A stretch of DNA of 63,397 nt, the filler included, from Octopus bimaculoides (lineage: Eukaryota), in assembly GCF_001194135.2 (NCBI RefSeq). It is 7 parts of 7 records of this genome, joined end to end, with 100 filler letters (N's around TTAATTAATTAA, not from the genome) between each part and the next. Parts side by side here need not be neighbours in the genome. Positions count along the whole stretch, not along the records: positions 1 to 24,625 come from NC_068984.1; 6 more parts are not named here. The stretch is one strand, 5' to 3'. Position numbers and translations under genes: made by a program. This document shows, one piece after another, positions 1 to 11,230 of the stretch (its first letter is position 1; each line of letters starts with the position of its first letter). The notes below the pieces were generated by a model. The model ran no database searches. It was not told the origin of the DNA and saw only the letters and a list, made by a program, of their open reading frames with translations.

Positions 1-600
1 GTGTATGTATATATATGTGTATATATATATATATATATATGTGTATATATATTTATGTGTATATATATGTGTGTATATATATGTGTGTATATATATGTGT
101 ATATATATATGTATGTATATATATGTGTATATATATATATGTGTATATATATATGTATGTATATATATGTGTATATATATATATGTATGTATATATATGT
201 GTATATATATATATGTATGTATATATATGTGTATATATATATGTATGTATATATATATGTATGTATATATATGTGTATATATATATGTATGTATATATAT
301 ATGTATGTATATATATGTGTATATGTATATATATGTGTGTATATATATATATGTATATAAGTAGGGATATATACATACACGCAAATATGTACATATATAT
401 ACGTATATAAATACGCGCATATGATTGTGTGCACGCATATGTTTGTATAAGTATACACATGTGTAGAAGTATTTATGTATAAACATATATATATACACAC
501 ATATATATATATACATACACATATATGCATATATTTATATACACGTATGTATGCATTTATGTACGTATGAATGTATATATATATATATATGTATGTATGT
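1..600. repeat. Compound (TA)n/(TG)n/(TATG)n microsatellite
   Basis: Almost pure alternating T-purine sequence; the Y/I/C/V/M-only ORFs here are translation artefacts. Confidence 0.97.
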
Positions 601-829
601 GTATATAAATATTTACACGTGCACATCTAACTGTACTTTAGAGAAAAAGATGCCGATTAATCAATTTGTTTACAAGGAAAACATTTTCCACACGCTCATG
701 TGTGAATTTGTTTATTCATGAATGTAAATATATACATATGCACGTGCAGCATTCCTTATGTCTCACTCGCTCACCACACATACACGCGCACACATTCTCT
801 TTTTTTTTTTTTTTCTTTCCTGTCCTCGT

Positions 830-1175
830 CTCTTCACACCTCTCTGCAGCTCCCTCCCTCTCTGCCGTTCCCTCCCTCTCTGCCGCTCTCACTCTCTCTC
901 CCTCTTTGCGTTTCTCTCTACATTCCTCTATGTCGCTCTCTTTCTCTCTCCTCCCGCTCTCCTTCCCTCTCTCCGTGTTTCCCTCATCCTCTATTTCTCT
1001 TTCTTCCTCCTCGTCTTCTCTCTTCATCTCTCTCTCTCTCACTCTCTCTGTTTCTCCTTCTCCATTCTTTCTACCTGTCCTTCATCCCTCTCTTTACCTA
1101 TCTGGCTGGCTGGCTGGCTGGCTGCTTATCTATCTATCTACCTATCTACCTATCTATCTATCAATCTATCTGTCT
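830..1175. repeat. CT-rich low-complexity tract followed by (CTGG)n and (ATCT)n
   Basis: Pyrimidine-rich degenerate (CT)n, then ggct and atct tetramers. Confidence 0.9.
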
Positions 1176-2209
1176 AAAGCGATATCTCACTGAAACTTGT
1201 ATTAATTTGTATTTAATGCTCAAAATCCCATAGCAACTCATTGTTGGTATCTAAATAACTAACCAGTTCTGTTGTCTTTAATTCAGAAAAATTTTCTCTG
1301 TTATCAAAATGCAAGACGTATATTTCGTTCCCTTACTTTTTGCGGTAGGTATGTAGCAGTTGAACATAAATTCAAATAATGAGTTATATTCCTTGCAGAA
1401 ATTTACCACTTTTGTCCCTTTCTCGGAAATAACTATTCTGAAACAGAAACACAAAATTACTACAACAACAAAAATGTAAAAATGGAAGTTCTGTGCAGGA
1501 GATCTAGTCCAATATTTCAATATACATATTCCTAGATTTACTCGACCACACACACACACACACACACACNNNNNNNNNNNNNNNNNNNNNNNNNNNNNNN
1601 NNNNNNNNNNNNNNNNNNNNNNNNNNNNNNNNNNNNNNNNNNNNNNNNNNNNNNNNNNNNNNNNNNNNNNNNNNNNNNNNNNNNNNNNNNNNNNNNNNNN
1701 NNNNNNNNNNNNNNNCACACACACACACACACACACGAAGCTAGGTTCAAGTTTTATTTTTATAATTATGTATTTCCAGACCAAATGTCCAAAACGAAAG
1801 AGGAAATACGAATATCCTAAAATTAGAAATATTAAAACGTGAACATAGTGCTGTATTTAATGGAACATGCATGTAGTCCTTTTGTTATGTCTGGAAATAT
1901 CTCATTTCTCCCGCCCCCCAAAAATCGTATTTGATTCCCAATGTCTTTGGGATTCCTTCCCTTTCCAAGACGCTAAAGAGTTTATAACACGGTAGTAGAT
2001 ACTACACACACAAATACACACACAGGTAGATAGATATGTATGTAGACAGACAAATAGATAGATAGAGAGAGAGAGAGAGATTTTGATAGTTTAAAACATT
2101 TAACTACGAAATAAGAATTGGGAAAATTCTCAATGCATTTTCTTCTTTTGTTTTAATATAAATTTTACTCCAGTGAAACCTAAACTTCTTCAATATATCT
2201 AATGTTCTT

Positions 2210-2420
2210 AGGCGGCGAGCTGGCAGAAACGTTAGCACGCCGGCTGGAATGCTTAGCGGTATTTCGCTTGTTTTTACGTTCTGAGTTCAAATTCCGCCAA
2301 GGTCGACTTAGCCTTTCGGAGTCGATAAATTAAGTACCAGTTGTGTACTGGGGTAGATCTAATCGACTGGCCCCCTTCCTCCGAAATTTCGGGCCTTGTG
2401 CCTAGAGTAGAAAAGAATAT
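2210..2420 (+). mobile_element. tRNA-derived SINE, family 1 (head GGCGGCGAGCTGGCAGAA), full length, type-A tail, 18-bp TSD
   Basis: A-box-like head and B-box GAGTTCAAATTCC; many copies in the window; flanked by AATATATCTAATGTTCTT at 2192-2209 and 2416-2433. Confidence 0.9.
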
Positions 2421-3699
2421 ATCTAATGTTCTTGGTTTATCTTTCAAATTTCTCACCTTTGGAGAAAAAGCTGGCTTCTAGCATAGAAAATAAAATGTCT
2501 TTTTTATTGACATCTAGGAGTCAAACAGAGTAGTCTTGTATGTATATATGTGTATACATGCATACATATATGCATATACATTATGTGCTCATGAGCACAT
2601 GAGAGGAGGCGTGGAGATCAGTGCAAACGTGGATCTAAATACATGCTGTACTTGATGAATATTTTACTTATTTTCACAGTTCCTTTAACAGCCTGTAGTT
2701 GTAATCTAATTTGATGTATTCTTTATACTTTTGTCAATCCCATTTTCTCAAGTTCAGCACCACGACACAAACTACCGATAATCATGTAGTTTATTGCTCC
2801 AATAATTATTGGTACCTGCAGATTTTTCCTTAGTTCCGCATATGAGTACGCACATACCTATACATGCTTGTGGTTTTCTTTGCGATTTCAGTTTTCTTGT
2901 GCATAATTCAAGTCGCAAGGCTATTTTGTTTAACGCAAGACATGTCTTGACTATCAGAAGTGGTTGTGGTGTGTTTATATGTATGAATGTATGTGTGCGT
3001 ATATGTGTATATAAATTTGCCCACACACAAACACACGTACTTTAATAAACAAGTATGTACGTGTGTATGAATATGTGAGTGTATAGCATATGCACAGGCG
3101 ACTGTGTGTGTATGTACGCATGCTATATGTATATGCATATATGTATGTATGTATATATGTATGCATGTATTCATGCATGTATGTATGTAAACATGTATGA
3201 ATGAATGTTCGTACGTATGTTATCATCTGAGAGATCGCTTGTCGTTGCCCCCTATTACTTTTGTGTCATCGATAATCGTATAACAAAGAAAATCATTTCC
3301 AACTGACACAGTTTACCAAAATCTATGGATTCGATGTTTTCAGGAGCAGTTTAGATTCATTCTCACAGGATCTGTAACAGTGGTTAAAATGAAGAGAAGA
3401 CGAGAATGAATGTGATGCCGAAATCACATTGATTGCACTTCAAATATTGACAGGAATTAAGTCAATCATCGATATATTTGATGTCAATAGAGATATTTGT
3501 TCGGTGATAATATATTTATTTACTGAGCTAGACGATTTGAGCGGAAATGATAGGGACCCGAACTAAAGACAACTTATTATTTAGTTCTGTAGATCACCTT
3601 TCCTTGTTCAAACATATTCTTCTCTTTACGTACAGCAAGTGATAGGTTTTCTCCGGAACTAAACAAGATATACAAGCGTAATGTTAGTGTATGTATGTA

Positions 3700-3900
3700 C
3701 ATATATATAAAGATCGCTAACCACTACACACATTTTTTCTCTCCTTGTTTCTTTCTGTGTTCCTTTCTGTGGAAGAGCGTAGGCTCGAAACGTTAAAGAC
3801 TTTTTCAATTCCCGAGCGTTATACTAATACATCTGCTTATTTTCCACACCACCTGTCTTTGTCTGTTGTTGTTTTTTTTGTGAATTCTCCCCCTCTCTCT
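3700..3900 (+). mobile_element. Repeat fragment carrying a degenerate type I hammerhead-ribozyme-like motif (Penelope-type pseudo-LTR)
   Basis: 3761-3800 TCCTTT-CTGTGGA-A-GAGC-GTAG-GCTC-GAAAC-GTT-AAAGAC; stem II GAGC/GCTC; related copy at 54821-54860. Confidence 0.55.
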
Positions 3901-4374
3901 CTCTCTCTCTCNNNNNNNNNNNNNNNNNNNNNNNNNNNNNNNNNNNNNNNNNNNNNNNNNNNNNNNNNNNNNNNNNNNNNNNNNNNNNNNNNNNNNNNNN
4001 NNNNNNNNNNNNNNNNNNNNNNNNNNNNNNNNNNNNNNNNNNNNNNNNNNNNNNNNNNNNNNNNNNNNNNNNNNNNNNNNNNNNNNNNNNNNNNNNNNNN
4101 NNNNNNNNNNNNNNNNNNNNNNNNNNNNNNNNNNNNNNNNNNNNNNNNNNNNNNNNNNNNNNNNNNNNNNNNNNNNNNNNNNNNNNNNNNNNNNNNNNNN
4201 NNNNNNNNNNNNNNNNNNNNNNNNNNNNNNNNNNNNNNNNNNNNNNNNNNNNNNNNNNNNNNNNNNNNNNNNNNNNNNNNNNNNNNNNNNNNNNNNNNNN
4301 NNNNNNNNNNNNNNNNNNNNNNNNNNNNNNNNNNNNNNNNNNNNNNNNNNNNNNNNNNTATATATATATATATA

Positions 4375-4672
4375 TCCTGGCACTCTGGCGGTTACGAGGC
4401 GAGTATTCCAGTTGATCTGAGCAAAGGAATAGCCAGCTCGTAAAATTAGCATGCAAGTGGATGGTCCCTCCACAGATTCAGCGTGACACAAAATGTAACA
4501 ACGCTGGTTCCTTTGAAATACAGGTACCGCTCATTTTTGCCAGCTGAGTGGACTGGAGCAACGTGAAATTAAGTGTCTTACTCAAGTGCATACAGCGTCG
4601 CCGGGAATCGAACTCACGACCTTACGATCGCGAGACTATTATGCTAACCACTAAAACACGTGCCTTCACTAC
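4375..4672 (-). mobile_element. tRNA-derived SINE, family 3 (head GTGAAGGC..., central TTGCTCCAGTCCACTCAGCTG)
   Basis: Reverse complement has a tRNA-like head with GTTCGATTCC B box; homologous to copies at ~7.9, 11.0, 13.2, 55.6 and 57.7 kb. Confidence 0.85.
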
Positions 4673-4732
4673 GTACATACGTATATGCATGCATGCATGC
4701 ATACATACATACATACATACATACACAAAAAA

Positions 4733-5270
4733 GACTGTCCTGAAATAAACTTAGAAAATCCTTCTGTTCTGGAATGCATCCATAAACACCCACTCAAGGA
4801 ATACTGGTTGAATATTCCCTTCTAAATTTCTGTCAAATATTAACATAACAGGCCAGATATTGTTGTTTGTACAGAGGGGCAAAGTTATGTATCACCATAG
4901 AGGTCAGCTGCTCTGCAGATATCAATATCTCTTTGAAAATCAAGGAAAAAGAGGATATCTGTGAACAACTGCTTCGAAACCTCCAGCTTTTATATCCAGA
5001 CTATGAATTCATATCCATACCAATAATAATTGGAGCACTAGGTTTTGTTAGTAAATGCTTAAAGGAGAATCTGGATAAACTGGGATTTTCAGAAAGAGAA
5101 ATCGACCGGCTGATTCGTACATTACAAGTGCAATCTGTAAGTGGAACAGTAAAAATATGCAAGACTTTTCTCAAGTTCCAAATGTGAATTTGTCTGCGTT
5201 ATCTACATCCCAAAGAGGGAGCCTTGTATCTTTGTTGGACACCGGCTCCCTCCTCAGTAGAAGATTTATA
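4733..5270 (+). mobile_element. 3' end of a non-LTR retrotransposon with restriction-like endonuclease (R2/R4/NeSL-type), degenerate
   Basis: EYWLNIP..HNRPDIVV, frameshift, then KLCITIEVSC...KIKEKE...LQLLYPDYEFISIPIIIGALG...GTVKICKTFLKF* (ORF 4867-5187); matches the RPD..E..K REL motif; short 3' UTR follows. Confidence 0.85.
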
Positions 5271-5472
5271 ATAACTGAAAAAATAGACACATACATATGC
5301 GACTAAGTGAAGAAACGAAAGAAAGCATTCGGCGAATCAGGTTGGAGTTACTCGTATTTAATGACAATTTCACTCAGTTCCACATTAAAGTTTCGTGGGC
5401 TTTGTACATATCCACATCATCAGATGTATTTGTATAGACATATATAGGCATGTAGGTGTACCGATGGATGGA

Positions 5473-5518
<46 letters not shown>

Positions 5519-5574
5519 CATACATACATACATACATACATACACATATACATAGGCTGATAGATAGATATCTT

Positions 5575-5832
5575 TTTATTATAGCCACACAGGGCTAAAT
5601 ACAGAAAATGGACAAAATACAATGTAGAGCTTGTCTTTGGGGGGAAAGGGGAGATAATTTCAATCAAAAGGGATCGCGGAAAATTAAAGAAAAAAAAGGG
5701 ATTTCGATCAAAAGGGATCGTGGGAAAAAAAAAAAGAAAAGGTGGGGCCGATCAATGGGGATCGTGTATCACAGTCAATGTAAAAAAATGGGAACAGATT
5801 AGGTTTATCCGTGGAGAGAAAAGCCTACGGAA
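5575..5832 (-). repeat. Interspersed repeat, probable LINE 3' UTR, with three internal ATCAA(A/T)(A/G)GGGATCG direct repeats
   Basis: Repeats ~45 bp apart; minus-strand end TTTAGCCCTGTGTGGCTATAATAAAAAG resembles the type-B tail of SINE family 1; abuts a microsatellite. Confidence 0.55.
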
Positions 5833-7046
5833 AAAATAGATAGATAGATAGATAAATAGATTTATCTGTTTATAAACGGTGTATGTTTTGTTTAACGATG
5901 CAGAGCTTTAATAAAGAAGCGTCTTTTAGAAAAACATAATCTTGACAGAGAAATGGTTGTTTTTAAGCTCGGCGTAGATCTTTAATAGAAACAACCTTTA
6001 CTGAGACATATGTCTTTGTCTTTACTCCAACATAAACCTAGTGTAGTGTAGGTCATTAGAGAGATTGATATGTGATCTGACATACAGAGAATAAGCTAGA
6101 AACAAATCGTACAGACGATAAAAAAAAATGTGCAATCTGGTTGGTGAATTGTCCAATGGACAAATTTACTGTTGCATCTTTAGTGTCAAAGATGGATTAA
6201 CGGAGCACTGATAATCGTATTATATCTTATATGTGCATGGACAGAGAAAATTTGAGTGATAGAGTAAGTGGCAGAAAGAGAGGAGGAAAGAAAAAAAAGA
6301 AAAGATGGAAATAAAAGCAGAAGAGAAAAGAGAGAGAGAGAGGGGGAGCAGAAAGACAGAAATACAGAAAGAAAATACGAAACTAAAACATCAATGGTGG
6401 AATGGTGGATATTATTATCTATTGGAAACATTAATCAGTGTCGTCTGCTGCCAGCAAGATAATCTGTGTGTTTTATATAGTTCAGTGCTTTGTTGTCCTG
6501 AATTCAATTCATTTTCACGACTACTATGCCTTTCATTTATATAAGATCGATAACGTGTTTGCTAATCGTTCATTGACTTGTCTCCAATCTATCAACGCAT
6601 AGTTTGGGCAGCAAGTATCAGAGATTATAAGGCGTTCATCAGATTTCGGTTACATATATTCATACAATGAACTACATCATAAGATACATAGACGCTGAAA
6701 AGAAGCCTATACGTATTATACTGTAGTAGTGTTTATCCCCATGGGCAATGGAAGTTTGTTAGACATTTAGTGTGTAATCGTCCCACAAGCAATGGGAAGA
6801 CATGATTGCTCTTAGATCTGCAAGTTCTGAGTGCAAGTTCTTCCGTAGCCCAAGTCTGCTATTTGCTAACATTCTTATCAAAGTACTGAGATGTGTCTCA
6901 ATTTCTCTAACTGTGTAGGATCGCTCGTAAAACTGCGACATAACTTGAATGATATGTAGTTTTAAAAATGCGATATATATCTGTGATATAATCTGAACAA
7001 GCCTAAGCAGTTGATGAGCTGTTCTTTATATATAATGGGTTATATA

Positions 7047-7133
<87 letters not shown>

Positions 7134-7579
7134 GATATTGTTAAGATTTAGATCATGGGAGAATTTAAATTCAGTCTTGCAAGCTAACGCACGCTAACAT
7201 TGCCTACGGCGATAGGAGTCTCGATACGGTCGCTTGACCCACCAGAAATAGCAGCAAAATTCCTCGGTAAAATGTATCCCCACTGCCATAAAAAAGGTGA
7301 GGAATGCATATAATGAGATGCTCGGTGCTTGAATGCTCTTTACTATGTTTGATCGTTCAAGGTTCATCTACTTCTACATGACAACGACAAAAGGTCCTCA
7401 ACGTAAAACCTATTTACAACCAGGTAGACTATGCCCTGGAAATTAGGTTTAGAGCAAGATAGAATATTAATAGATATTGACCGGAAGTCCGACAATGTAA
7501 CGACAATTAGCAACCTCGGTTCTTACCTTTGTAACTTACATTGATTCAGTCATAAGTATTTTTCCGTTTTTTTTAGGTG

Positions 7580-7865
7580 GGGTTATTCTATGTGTGGAGG
7601 AAGGAACTGAAGACTGGCGAACTCTGTCATTGATAGTCTGCTTCAAGACATGAATGGGGAGGAGATTCCAGAGGGACGATGTTCTGGGGAGAAAGGAGTA
7701 GGTATAATGGTGAGTGTGGGATTAGACGAGTCGAGAGTAATGAGAGGTTGAAAGCCACATGGAGTGAGGTGCTGAGTAATGGAGGCATGAAAACAGTCGG
7801 AGGAACAGGGGCCATTATAGCAACAATAAAAAAAATAAGACAGAGAGAAGAGACAGCATACCGAT
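7580..7865 (-). mobile_element. CR1/L2-clade LINE, C-terminal RT remnant
   Basis: Minus-strand frames give LFFYCCYNGPCSSD and YSFLPRTSSLWNLLP, the SFxPRTxxLWNxLP terminal motif of CR1/L2 ORF2. Confidence 0.75.
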
Positions 7866-7924
7866 GAGTGAGAGTCTAGCGTGTGTCCCCGATAAAGGAC
7901 ACTCTTGAGTGATTAATGAAAATA

Positions 7925-8265
7925 TGTGAAGGCGATTGGCTCAGTGACTAGAGCGTCGAGCTCACAATCATGAGGTAGTAAGTTCGATTCCAGGATCGAG
8001 CTGTGTGTTGCGTTCTTGAGCAAGACACTTTATTTCACATTGCTCCAGTTCACTCAGCTGTAGAAATGAGTTGCAACGTCACTGGTGTCAAGCTGTATCG
8101 GCCTTTACCTTTCCCTTGGACAACATCAGTGGCGTGGAGAGAGGAGGCTGGTATGCACGGGCAACTACTGGTCTTCCATGAACAACCTTGCCCGGACTTG
8201 TGCCTTATGGGGTGACTTCCTAGTGGCATTCTCATGGTCATTCATGACCGAAGGGGGTCTTTACC
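7925..8265 (+). mobile_element. tRNA-derived SINE (family 3 head and core, different 3' tail)
   Basis: Head gtgaaggcgattggctcagtg..., B box gttcgattcc, core cttgagcaagacacttt..ttgctccagttcactcagctg. Confidence 0.8.
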
Positions 8266-8604
8266 CTTTTATTGAAAGTATAAAACGCTACACTGTGGAC
8301 TAGTAGGGAGTCGAAAGAACATTAAAGATGTATGAACTCTTAATCAGTTCGTGACATTGCACTGTTTCCGTTAAACACACTAAAATATAACCAAAGAGAT
8401 TTCGGTGAAGATCTATTTACTTATAGCTAAGGTTCATATATTGACTTTGATAATAGATGTATGGATTATTACACCTATATGGTAATTTTGATATATAGCG
8501 CGTGCAAATGAATGCATTCAATGAATAAATTTGCTTGAGTTGTTCTATGCATTGATTTGAAGAAAGGGCCAATATTTTGAAGTTGAATACATTGTAAAAT
8601 TATC

Positions 8605-9213
8605 TTATCCGAAATTTTGGGGGAAGGGGCCAGTCGATTAGATCGACCCAGTACGCAACTGGTACTTAATTTATCGAGACCGAAAGGATGAAAGGCAAAG
8701 TCGACCTCGGCGGAATTTGAACTCAGAACGTAAAAGCAGACGAAATACCGCTAAGCATTTCTACCGGCGTGCTACCGTTTCTTATTTCTTTTTTGCCCGC
8801 AAGGGGCTAAACATAGAGGGGACAAACAAGGACAGACAAAGAGATTAAGTCGATTAAATCGACCCCAGTGCGTAACTGGTATTTATTTAATCAACTCCGA
8901 AAGAATGAAAGGCAATGTTGACCTCGGTGGAGTTTGAACAGACGAAATACCGCTAAGCATTTCGCCCGACGTGCTAACGTTTCTTATTTATTTATTGACC
9001 AGAAGGGACAAAACATAGGGGGGACAAACAAGGACAGACAAAGGGATTAAGTCGATAACATCAACCCCAGTGCGTAAATGGTACTTATTTAATCCACTCT
9101 AAAGAGATGAAAGGCAAAGTCGACCTCGGCGGAGTTTGAACTCAGAACGTAAAGACAGACCTACCGCTAAGCATTTCGCCCGATGTGCTAACGTTTCAGC
9201 CAGTTCGCCGCCT
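8605..9213 (-). mobile_element. Family 1 SINE trimer: head-body-B / body-B / body-A
   Basis: Three ~200-bp tandem units; only the first has the GGCGGCGA head; later units start at AAGAAACG(T/G)TAGCACG. Confidence 0.9.
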
Positions 9214-9339
9214 TTACATTGTAAAATATTCAACAAAGAAAAGGAAAGTGAATGATTATGGTGCAGCTCTGCATGTTAGTGCATTCCTGCTGTTTTTCTT
9301 GCAGATAGTCGTCGATGTCATGCAAACATATTCTGCTGA

Positions 9340-9610
9340 TATCAACAGACATGATGAATAGCTGACGAAGAGAAGCTTAAAGGACTCTTCATCTCTGTCA
9401 ACGAATGTGATGTATAATTACCGGGGATGGACTTAAAGCTCACGCCCCCTACCAATGGATGTGATCTGCAGCTGACAGTGAAAGGCTTAAAAATATTACT
9501 TGCTCCCTATCAACAGATGTGATATATAACTGCGAAAGAGGGGATTAGAAAAACAGCAAGTCCTACTAACGGATTAATGCTTGTCAGCGGAGAACGGTTT
9601 ATGAGGAATA
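9340..9610. repeat. Degenerate ~55-bp tandem repeat (about 5 units)
   Basis: Unit starts tatcaacagacatgat / tgtcaacgaatgtgat / taccaatggatgtgat / tatcaacagatgtgat / tactaacggatt, most followed ~25 bp later by (g)cttaaa or similar. Confidence 0.6.
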
Positions 9611-9981
9611 GAGGAATAGAGGAATAAAGGAATACAGTAAGGCAGGAGGTTCAGACTAATGCTCTGTCTACAAATGTGATTCTGGAATTAAAACAGAACG
9701 AACTAGAATACATTCAGTAACTTCAACAGATGTTACAAACAAATGTTAGAGGTGTCGTTCCTGTAAGAACGTTATAATCCAGTTCTATTCTATCAAGAAA
9801 TATTATCCCATAAAGGTGGGGCGGTGGCTTAAAAGCATAATGAGACCCAGTTACGTGGTGCTATGAAGCTGCCCTATTTCAGCTGACTCCACATTGGCAC
9901 AATTATAAACATGTATGTATGTGGACGTACAAGTTAGGATATAGAGATACGGTAAAGAAAACACACACACGCACACGCACA

Positions 9982-10024
<43 letters not shown>

Positions 10025-10974
10025 TTGCTATTATGCAAAAGTGTCGTAAGTTCAAAACGTTGCTTTTTCAGAAAACGAGAAAATAGTTTCACCATTCCAT
10101 ATTTTTTTACATTAGCAACAGTTTCAGCTTAACAATAATACTTTGTTGGGTGCATAAAATCGTAATTCTATGCATGTATGATATTTTCAGTCAGAAATAT
10201 TTTTTGCAAAACTGTCGTATGTGGGATTTACTGCGCTTTTGAAAAATGCTAAACCGTAGNNNNNNNNNNNNNNNNNNNNNNNNNNNNNNNNNNNNNNNNN
10301 NNNNNNNNNNNNNNNNNNNNNNNNNNNNNNNNNNNNNNNNNNNNNNNNNNNNNNNNNNNNNNNNNNNNNNNNNNNNNNNNNNNNNNNNNNNNNNNNNNNN
10401 NNNNNNNNNNNNNNNNNNNNNNNNNNNNNNNNNNNNNNNNNNNNNNNNNNNNNNNNNNNNNNNNNNNNNNNNNNNNNNNNNNNNNNNNNNNNNNNNNNNN
10501 NNNNNNNNNNNNNNNNNNNNNNNNNNNNNNNNNNNNNNNNNNNNNNNNNNNNNNNNNNNNNNNNNNNNNNNNNNNNNNNNNNNNNNNNNNNNNNNNNNNN
10601 NNNNNNNNNNNNNNNNNNNNNNNNNNNNNNNNNNNNNNNNNNNNNNNNNNNNNNNNNNNNNNNNNNNNNNNNNNNNNNNNNNNNNNNNNNNNNNNNNNNN
10701 NNNNNNNNNNNNNNNNNNNNNNNNNNNNNNNNNNNNNNNNNNNNNNNNNNNNNNNNNNNNNNNNNNNNNNNNNNNNNNNNNNNNNNNNNNNNNNNNNNNN
10801 NNNNNNNNNNNNNNNNNNNNNNNNNNNNNNNNNNNNNNNNNNNNNNNNNNNNNNNNNNNNNNNNNNNNNNNNNNNNNNNNNNNNNNNNNNNNNNNNNNNN
10901 NNNNNNNNNNNNNNNNNNNNNNNNNNNNNNNNNNNNNNNNNNNNNNNNNNNNNNNNNNNNNNNNNNNNNNNNTC

Positions 10975-11175
10975 CTTCTTGTTTCTGTTGCACCCGTATT
11001 TCAAAGGGAACCAGCCTTGTCACACTGTGTGTCACGCTGAACCTCCCCTAGAACTGCGCTAAGAGTACACGTGTCTGTGGAGCGCTCAGCCACTTGCGCG
11101 CTAATTTCACGAGCAGGCTGTTCCGGTGAGCGGATCAACTGGGACCCCCCGTCGTCGTAACCGACGGAGTTTCAC
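10975..11175 (+). mobile_element. Family 3 SINE 3' portion, CpG-intact
   Basis: gccttgtcacactgtg...tttcacgagcaggctgttcc...gtcgtcgtaaccgacggagt, ending in (GT)n. Confidence 0.85.

Positions 11176-11230
<55 letters not shown>

Noticed and set aside
7577-7709. Apparent plus-strand exon with strong splice sites (ttttag / atg|gtgagt)
   Set aside because: Stops in all three frames; better explained as the antisense of a CR1/L2 remnant
8605-9213. Regularly spaced ~200-bp repeats as a CRISPR-like array
   Set aside because: Units are long SINE bodies with no unique spacers; eukaryotic context and no cas genes
9240-9361. Ankyrin-like peptide YGAALHVSA..QIV..ADIN..D
   Set aside because: Single isolated repeat with wrong spacing, lacking the conserved Gly residues; probably chance
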